A stretch of 64,000 nucleotides of DNA from an uncultured Acidimicrobiaceae bacterium (GTDB taxonomy: Bacteria > Actinomycetota > Acidimicrobiia > Acidimicrobiales > Palsa-688), in contig CAWCEZ010000005.1 in the NCBI GenBank assembly GCA_963794745.1, forward strand, positions 255,189 to 319,188, written 5' to 3'. The notes beneath the pieces were generated by a model. It had not been told where the DNA came from. It saw only the letters and a program-made list of their open reading frames with translations, and did not search any database. Both the position numbers and the translations under genes were made by a program. Position 1 is the first letter of the stretch, and every line of letters starts with the position of its first letter. This document shows, piece after piece, positions 58,619 through 64,000 of this stretch.

Positions 58619-58860
58619 GACACACCCCGGCGCGTCGTTCGTAGCGCGACCGCGGCAGCATTCAGCTCCGCATCGCTAGAAGGACCGTCCTCGGCTCCCC
58701 ATGCGTCCAAGGCAGCACCTAGCAGCTCGTTGCGTAGGCGTTGCGCCGCGGCAGCGGTCAGCCAGGTCGAGACGCTCGCGCCTTGCCGGGCTGCTAAGCC
58801 CCGAACCGCGGCTCCCACTTCTGAGGGCATCGTTACTGACAAACGGTCTACCTGGGCCAT
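58615..58860 (-). CDS. ribbon-helix-helix antitoxin paralog (VapB-like)
   Basis: 81-aa ORF (RLSVTMPSEVGAAVRGLAARQGASVSTWLTAAAA...) with the same architecture as 37814..38116. Confidence 0.6.
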   Translation of the reverse strand: MAQVDRLSVTMPSEVGAAVRGLAARQGASVSTWLTAAAAQRLRNELLGAALDAWGAEDGPSSDAELNAAAVALRTTRRGVS

Positions 58861-58948
58861 GCGTACTATCGCAACACATTCAGGGGTATGTATGGCCCGA
58901 GGAAGCCTCCGTTACTTTCTGAGGTTACGACGAGCGCAGGGCGGCAAT

Positions 58949-59726
58949 TTACGGGCGTCTCGCCGAGCCGTCAGGCCACAGGGGCGGCGAGGCGGGCTGC
59001 CACGTAGCTCCCCCTCCCCCTGGTGTCGCGGTGGCTTTGTGCGTACCGGCCAATACGGAGCCGGCGCTGCTGCTGTGGATAAGAGTCACATCGCCAGTTG
59101 TGACAGCTGCTCGACAGATTGAGCAGAAAAAGGCGTTTTCGCTAACGGGGTGGCCGTTAGGACAAATAGGGGAGGTGAGATCTCTTTCACGAAGCGATAT
59201 AACAGGCTCGTTGGCCCCCGCCTGGTGCTTGGGCCGCACGGCATGGCGGCCTTTAACTGAGCGACGGTCGTGAGCCGGTGTGAGCAGGCCCCAACCGAAC
59301 CAAGCGGCGAGAAGGAACAGCGCGAGGCTGGCCAGGCCCTCGGGGTGTGACAGGAACTCCAGCACGTACCCGGCCTTGGGGACGACTGCGACCTCGCGAC
59401 CGGCAACCTCTGAGGGCGTCACGTAGCCGTAATCGGGAGACGGGTTAGCGTCGCCTTTGGTCTGGATCCCTCGCGCGGTGACGGCCACCACCCGGTGGGT
59501 CGTGTACGACCCTGCCGCTCTGGCAAAGGTTATGACTTCGCCAGGTCGTACGTTCTTGGCCGGTACGTCGACCACAACATCGCCGGGGCGGATGCTGGGC
59601 GCCATCGAGCCGGTGCGCACCACATAGAATCCGCCACCCCGAGCCCCACGCGACGGCAGTCGCGGTGCCTGCGCCGATGACGACCAGGATGATGAAAACA
59701 CCCAACACCCGTCGTAGAAACCTCAC
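58949..59726 (-). pseudogene. sipW: signal peptidase I, SipW/archaeal type (S26B), with C-terminal zinc-ribbon tail; one frameshift after the N-terminal TM
   Basis: GTG 59726 gives MRFLRRVLGVFIILVVIGAGTATAVAWGS (frame 59445..59726). GGGFYVVRTGSMAPSI...TTHRV...KGDANPSPD is in frame 58949..59701. Tail motif CPNGHPVSENAFFCSIC. Confidence 0.75.
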
Positions 59727-59775
59727 AGTCGCTCCTTCTCGCTAGACGAACGTACCTCTCGGCAATCGTCACCCC

Positions 59776-59800
59776 GGGGGGGACGATCGTCCCGCCCCCC
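59776..59800 (-). terminator. GC-rich hairpin between the TasA-like gene and sipW (possible U-tail-less terminator or attenuator)
   Basis: The minus strand reads GGGGGGGCGGGACGATCGTCCCCCCC, built around the palindrome GGGACGATCGTCCC. No U-tract follows, so its function is uncertain. Confidence 0.25.
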
Positions 59801-59843
59801 CAGAATGTCGGGCAATTAATTACTTGGGTGTCCCAGCTAATTG

Positions 59844-60668
59844 CTAGGTGTTCCAGCTCTCGCCGGCCGGCACGGTATAAGAGATCGCCGCCGGAGTGGG
59901 TAGGACGTAGGCACCACCGTTGTGGGCATCGCTCGGGGCGATCCCTTGCTGGGTGGCGATGATGTCAGCCAGGAGGGGGTTGGCGAATGCCGGCCCCAGC
60001 TGGAGGGCGTTTGCAGAGAGGCAGGCCGAGTACCCGAAGCTGAACGTGAAGCTGGTCTGCTGACCAACGGTTAGATCGGCCACGTGGTTCTCAGCGGGAA
60101 GGTACGCGATCGCGGGGTTGGGATCCCCGCAGGCGTTGTTGCCTGACGCTGCTGTGCCTTGGGTGTAAAGGTTGTTCAGGTTGTCGTAATTCGCGTTCAA
60201 CAATGGGCTGGCAATTTGGGCATCGCCATAAGTACCGAGGTTGTTGATGCCAGAATTACCATTCGCGTTGAACCAGCCTTGGTTACTGTTGTCGAAGGCG
60301 AGCCAAATTGACTCAGTCGCAGTGCCCGTATTGGTCACTGTCCAGGTGACAGTCTTGTTCACACCGGGCAGCATGTTGGCCCATTGGATGGTGTACGGGG
60401 TTGCCGACGTCCCGGCGCCGCCGGTCGTATCACCGGCGGGCACGGTTATGCCGTTTACAGTGACGGCAACCGCGCCGAATGTGCCAGTTATGGAATCGTG
60501 GATAACGTCGGTGAAATAAGCACCCGTGCTGCCTGCGCTTGTCCCTATAAGGGAACCCGCCGCAACGAGGGCGCCCACGCAACCGAATACTCGCGCCTTT
60601 GTGGACAGCACCAAGGCCGGTCGGGAGCTCTTGGACCGAGCGTGCCTACCCGTGGAATGCAGATGCAA
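59844..60668 (-). CDS. TasA/camelysin-like exported protein with SipW-type signal peptide
   Basis: TTG start 6 nt after AAGGAGGT. N-region, h-region, then a GAYFTD motif typical of SipW-cognate signal peptides. The mature part is N/G/T-rich. GC is visibly lower than in the flanks. Confidence 0.7.
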   Translation of the reverse strand: MHLHSTGRHARSKSSRPALVLSTKARVFGCVGALVAAGSLIGTSAGSTGAYFTDVIHDSITGTFGAVAVTVNGITVPAGDTTGGAGTSATPYTIQWANMLPGVNKTVTWTVTNTGTATESIWLAFDNSNQGWFNANGNSGINNLGTYGDAQIASPLLNANYDNLNNLYTQGTAASGNNACGDPNPAIAYLPAENHVADLTVGQQTSFTFSFGYSACLSANALQLGPAFANPLLADIIATQQGIAPSDAHNGGAYVLPTPAAISYTVPAGESWNT

Positions 60669-60673
60669 TTAGT

Positions 60674-60697
60674 ACCTCCTTTTGAATAAACGGAGGT
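60674..60697 (-). promoter_or_regulatory. anti-SD/SD hairpin sequestering the RBS of the TasA-like gene
   Basis: The mRNA reads ACCUCC-GUUUAUUCAAAA-GGAGGU-ACUAA-UUG. A 6-bp stem pairs the Shine-Dalgarno sequence with an upstream complement across a 12-nt AU-rich loop. Confidence 0.4.
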
Positions 60698-60976
60698 TTG
60701 TGCACGAAAAGAAAAGTTCCGCTACGGCAAGCCAGACCTATGGGCAACCACGCCCGATGCGCGCACGACGGCCTCCTCAGCGGCCCGGCGGGCCGCTTCC
60801 TCCCTTTGAGCCGGTGGGTTCGCCGTTAGTTCCCCGGGGCCGAGGCGACCAGATAAGGCTCCCGGATCAGCACAATCGTCTGGGTCGGGATGTTAACACG
60901 GCAACTTACGCCCCTCAAGAGGAACATCCGTTCAATCACCTGGAGATCTCGGGACGAGATGGGGTTGCCACGGCTC

Positions 60977-61055
60977 GCCTGGTCGGGCGATGTCAGCGGC
61001 CTGGTCGGGCGATGTGAGCCGCCTGGTCGGGCGATGTGAGCCGCCTGGCCGTGTG
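60977..61055. repeat. 22-bp tandem repeat, 3 full copies plus a partial one, upstream of fdh
   Basis: gcctggtcgggcgatgtcagcg (60977-98), then gcctggtcgggcgatgtgagcc at 60999-61020 and 61021-42, then the partial gcctggccgtgtg. Confidence 0.9.
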
Positions 61056-61105
61056 CAACGATGATCAAGCTCCACACCACATCCCTGCGAGGAAAGGAAC
61101 GACCA

Positions 61106-62305
61106 ATGGCCAAGGTGCTTTGCGTACTTTATGAGGACCCAGTCGACGGGTACCCGCCGGCATACGCCCGCGACGAGGTACCGAAGATCAGTTCGTACCC
61201 GGGTGGCCAAAGCACCCCGACGCCGCATGCTATCGACTTCACCCCGGGGCAACTGCTGGGCAGCGTTTCCGGCGAACTTGGCTTACGTAAGTTCCTCGAA
61301 GGCGCCGGCCATACCTTCGTCGTCACCTCCGACAAAGACGGTGCCGGCTCTGTGTTCGAGCGCGAGCTCGTCGACGCCGACATCGTGATCTCCCAGCCCT
61401 TCTGGCCCGCCTATCTGACGAGCGAGCGGATCGGCAAGGCTCCCAACCTCAAGTTGGCGATCACCGCTGGGATCGGCTCAGACCACGTCGACCTCGCGGC
61501 TGCGTCCAAGGCGGGCATGACGGTCGCAGAGGTCACCTACTCCAACAGCATCAGCGTGTCCGAACACGTTGTCATGATGATCCTGTCGCTCGTACGCAAC
61601 TACATCCCTTCTTACCAGTGGGTGCTGAAGGGTGGGTGGAACATCGCCGACTGCGTTGAGCGGTCTTACGACCTCGAAGGCATGGCTGTGGGGACCGTCG
61701 CCGCAGGGCGGATCGGTCTAGCAGTACTACGGCGGCTCAAGCCGTTCGACGTCAAGCTCCACTACACGGACCTGCACCGGCTGCCAGAGGATGTAGAGCG
61801 TGACCTCGGGCTGACCTTTTACCCGAGCGCCGCCGAGATGGTGCCGCACTGCGACGTCGTGACTATCAACGCGCCCCTCTACCCCGGCACCGAAGGCCTC
61901 TTCAACGACGAGCTGCTGTCGAGCATGAAGCGGGGCGCCTATCTCATCAACACCGCCCGCGGGAAGATCTGCGACCGTGACTCGATCGTCCAAGCTCTCG
62001 AGAGCGGCCAGCTCGCCGGTTATGCGGGAGACGTGTGGTTCCCTCAGCCAGCGCCGAGAGACCACCCGTGGCGCACAATGCCTCACCACGGCATGACCCC
62101 CCACATCTCCGGCACTTCATTGTCGGCTCAGGCCCGTTACGCGGCAGGCACTCGCGAGATCCTCGAGTGCTGGTTCGAGAACAGGCCGATCCGTGAGGAA
62201 TACCTCATCGTTCAAGGGGGCGAGCTTGCGGGCACCGGGGCCCATAGCTACAAGCCCGGCGACGCCACCGGCGGGTCGGAGGAGGCCGCCCGCTTCACGT
62301 CTTGA
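61106..62305 (+). CDS. fdh: NAD-dependent formate dehydrogenase
   Basis: From memory, near-collinear with Pseudomonas sp. 101 / Mycobacterium vaccae FDH (MAKVLCVLYEDPVDGYP, GSVSGELGLRKFLE, GTVAAGRIGLAVLRRL, GYAGDVWFPQPAPRDHPWRTMP, GGSEEAARF). The ATG at 61106 has GGAAAGGAA upstream. Confidence 0.9.
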   Translation: MAKVLCVLYEDPVDGYPPAYARDEVPKISSYPGGQSTPTPHAIDFTPGQLLGSVSGELGLRKFLEGAGHTFVVTSDKDGAGSVFERELVDADIVISQPFWPAYLTSERIGKAPNLKLAITAGIGSDHVDLAAASKAGMTVAEVTYSNSISVSEHVVMMILSLVRNYIPSYQWVLKGGWNIADCVERSYDLEGMAVGTVAAGRIGLAVLRRLKPFDVKLHYTDLHRLPEDVERDLGLTFYPSAAEMVPHCDVVTINAPLYPGTEGLFNDELLSSMKRGAYLINTARGKICDRDSIVQALESGQLAGYAGDVWFPQPAPRDHPWRTMPHHGMTPHISGTSLSAQARYAAGTREILECWFENRPIREEYLIVQGGELAGTGAHSYKPGDATGGSEEAARFTS

Positions 62306-62333
62306 GAACGTTACCCACGTCTTGAGAAACGTA
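62296..62333. repeat. ~20-bp tandem duplication spanning the fdh stop codon
   Basis: cacgtcttgagaacgtta (62296-313) and cacgtcttgagaaacgta (62316-333). The first copy contains the fdh TGA. Confidence 0.8.
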
Positions 62334-62355
62334 CTTACGGCGCGATAATGGCCAC

Positions 62356-62742
62356 GTGGCAAAACATACTGACAGCAGGCGCCCCGACATGGTCCACGAG
62401 CGCCCCAAGCAAGACTGGCACAAGTTGCTCGATGAGCTCACCGTGGCGCGCGCCGGTGAGGACATCACCATCGAGCTGTTGGATGTCGAGTTCGGCGACG
62501 AGTACGAGGCCGAGCGAGTACCCCTCGCCTACATCGAGTACGACGAACACGCCGACGAAGCTTCGGTCGGCGTCGGAGGGCGCGACGGGCGCTATCCCGT
62601 GGTCCTGCGGCACTCGGTGCAGCACCCGACCTCGATCATCACCGACTCGGAGCCGCCTCTGCTGCCGCTCGCCGTGCAGATTACTGCGGCCGATGGCTCC
62701 AAAACACTCGTCACCGTCCTACCCGATGGAGAAAGCAGCTAG
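62356..62742 (+). CDS. small acidic hypothetical protein (possibly DUF5335-like; unverified recollection)
   Basis: 128-aa ORF with good GC3 and no antisense competitor. The start could be the internal Met (MVHERPKQDW). Confidence 0.45.
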   Translation: MAKHTDSRRPDMVHERPKQDWHKLLDELTVARAGEDITIELLDVEFGDEYEAERVPLAYIEYDEHADEASVGVGGRDGRYPVVLRHSVQHPTSIITDSEPPLLPLAVQITAADGSKTLVTVLPDGESS

Positions 62743-62898
62743 CGCGCGTCTTTCGGCAGTACTTCACCGCCTCACTGACAAGTGGTCCTGGCTGAGGAGG
62801 AACAACGTGCGCCCGCGGGACCAACCCCGTTCGGTTGGGCGGGTCGTCCCCGGCAGTGCGGCTCTCGCCCCCGCGACAGCCCTATTGCTCGGGGCGAA

Positions 62899-64000
62899 TT
62901 ACTCGGGCGCGGCCATCCCGTACTGGCGCCTCCAGCCCGATGGCAGCAGTAGCTCAAGGACGTCGTCCACAGTGATCTGTCCGAGCATGCGCCCGTCGTC
63001 GTCGACAACAGGCGCCACTGCCAAGTTGAAGTCGGTCATCGTCCGCACGACTTCGTGAATGTCCGCGTCAGCCGGCAGCGACGCCGGGTCCGGCCTCATT
63101 GCTAAAGCAATGCTCTCGGCCGGGTCGGCGCGCAGCAACTCCACGAGGAGGGCCGTTCCCGCAAGGCGACCGCCGTCGCCGGTCACGAACACGACGCCGG
63201 CCGCTTCGGGAGGCGTGGGAGACGACCGTACGGCTTTTATCGCCTCGCCCACGGTAGAGCGGGCTGCTACAGCGACGAAATCGGGGTTCATCAGCCCACC
63301 GGCGGTCTCGGGGTTGTAGCTGAGCAAACGCCGGAGCTTGTTCTGGGAGGCCGGTGGCAGCCGCTGCAGTATCGGGAGCCGGCGTTCTTGGTCGAGCTCG
63401 GTGAGCAGGTCGACCGCGTCGTCGGGGGCCATGACCGAAAGCAGCCTGGCCGCCTCCTCGTCCGAGCGCGCCCGCAGGAACTCCAATTGGTGCTCCGTAT
63501 CTAGCTCCTCGAAGACATCGGCTTCGAGCTCCCTGTCCGCGCCGACTGCTCTAATGATCTCTTCGCCCTCATCGTGTGACGCCGCTTCGACGAGATCTGC
63601 GAGCTTGGCCGGGTGCAAGCGCCGCAGCTTTCGGAACGGGATCTGCAGGCGAGCCGTAGGTACGTGGGAAACGAACGGCTCGATATCGGACCAATCGACA
63701 ACACGGCCAGCCTTCACCAGGTGGCGGAACCTTCTTGGCAGCGCCCTTCGCAGGACCGGCCGCGAACCGGTGTCCACCCCCATCACTTGCCAGGTCGAGC
63801 CCACCTTGGCGAGCTCGATCTCGTTGGCTCGGACGAGGCGAGCGCCTTCGAGATGGATCAAATGCCTGGAGCGAAGGTCTCGGCCCAACAACATCTCGCC
63901 CGGGCGCCGTTCGAACGCGCCCAGGTCCTTGGGGTCGACAGAGAGCTTGGCGCTTTCGTCGTCGAGGCTTACGAGCTGGTACGCATGGGCAAAGCGTTCC
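62899..64000 (-). CDS. soluble PRC-barrel / MgtE-N / CBS-pair protein (no MgtE membrane domain); 5' end beyond window
   Basis: MgtE intracellular N-domain pattern (LHPAKLADLVEAASHDEGEEIIRAV...DDAVDLLTELD) followed by two CBS motifs. The frame stays open from 63894 to the window end. Confidence 0.75.
   Translation of the reverse strand, partial: ERFAHAYQLVSLDDESAKLSVDPKDLGAFERRPGEMLLGRDLRSRHLIHLEGARLVRANEIELAKVGSTWQVMGVDTGSRPVLRRALPRRFRHLVKAGRVVDWSDIEPFVSHVPTARLQIPFRKLRRLHPAKLADLVEAASHDEGEEIIRAVGADRELEADVFEELDTEHQLEFLRARSDEEAARLLSVMAPDDAVDLLTELDQERRLPILQRLPPASQNKLRRLLSYNPETAGGLMNPDFVAVAARSTVGEAIKAVRSSPTPPEAAGVVFVTGDGGRLAGTALLVELLRADPAESIALAMRPDPASLPADADIHEVVRTMTDFNLAVAPVVDDDGRMLGQITVDDVLELLLPSGWRRQYGMAAPE

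Noticed and set aside
60776-60797. GC hairpin AGCGGCCC-GGC-GGGCCGCT in the tasA-fdh intergenic region as a terminator.
   Set aside because: No gene ends upstream of it on either strand. The loop is only 3 nt, and no U-tract follows.
58184-62742. Calling the TA / SipW / TasA / FDH segment a mobile genetic island.
   Set aside because: No integrase, transposase, tRNA attachment site or flanking direct repeats are visible. Only a visibly lower GC in the tasA-like gene and the patchy distribution of FDH hint at acquisition.

Overview
High-GC (roughly 68-70% by eye, not computed), almost fully coding segment with actinobacterial gene order, mostly on the minus strand. I saw no rRNA, tRNA, CRISPR array, integrase or transposase.

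Gene content, in order:
- 1-4.3 kb: a pilus/secretion ATPase module (MshEN-like N-domain protein, degenerate EAL-HDOD protein, PilB/GspE, DUF4388).
- 4.4-29.5 kb: a housekeeping block. It runs aroE-mltG-ruvX-alaS, ECF sigma/anti-sigma, rarA, relA, apt, secF-secD-yajC, tgt-queA, ruvBAC, yebC, an M48-like protein and a PAS-GGDEF-EAL protein.
- 29.6-47 kb: an accessory block. It holds an OatA-like acyltransferase, isochorismatase, DUF1801, FAD monooxygenase, FtsX permease, an RHH-PIN toxin-antitoxin pair, a GntR-ABC operon, a PadR pair, membrane proteins, degV and plsY.
- 48-56 kb: glycine cleavage genes gcvT-PA-PB, plus the actinobacterial gcvH-FHA-MerR-BFN-MerR cluster and pgsA.
- 56-64 kb: an NRAMP-family transporter with a magnesium-type (NRMT-like) binding-site signature, a second decayed RHH-PIN pair, a SipW/TasA-like export module, an NAD-dependent formate dehydrogenase and an MgtE-N/CBS protein.

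Most notable observations:
1. The secD-secF junction is a relay of four stop/start-coupled mini-ORFs built from a 14-bp tandem repeat.
2. About 13 single-base frame disruptions hit 12 mostly dispensable genes. The first 17 kb and the large housekeeping genes have none.
3. 18-bp in-frame tandem duplications recur in disordered linkers.
4. A degenerate EAL-HDOD protein sits next to pilB.
5. An HtpX-like protein has lost all three zinc ligands.
6. Consensus promoters with palindromic operators appear to drive leaderless regulator genes.

I found no clear, complete novel multi-gene system (for example a defence system). All family calls come from motif recognition by eye and need HMM or BLAST confirmation.
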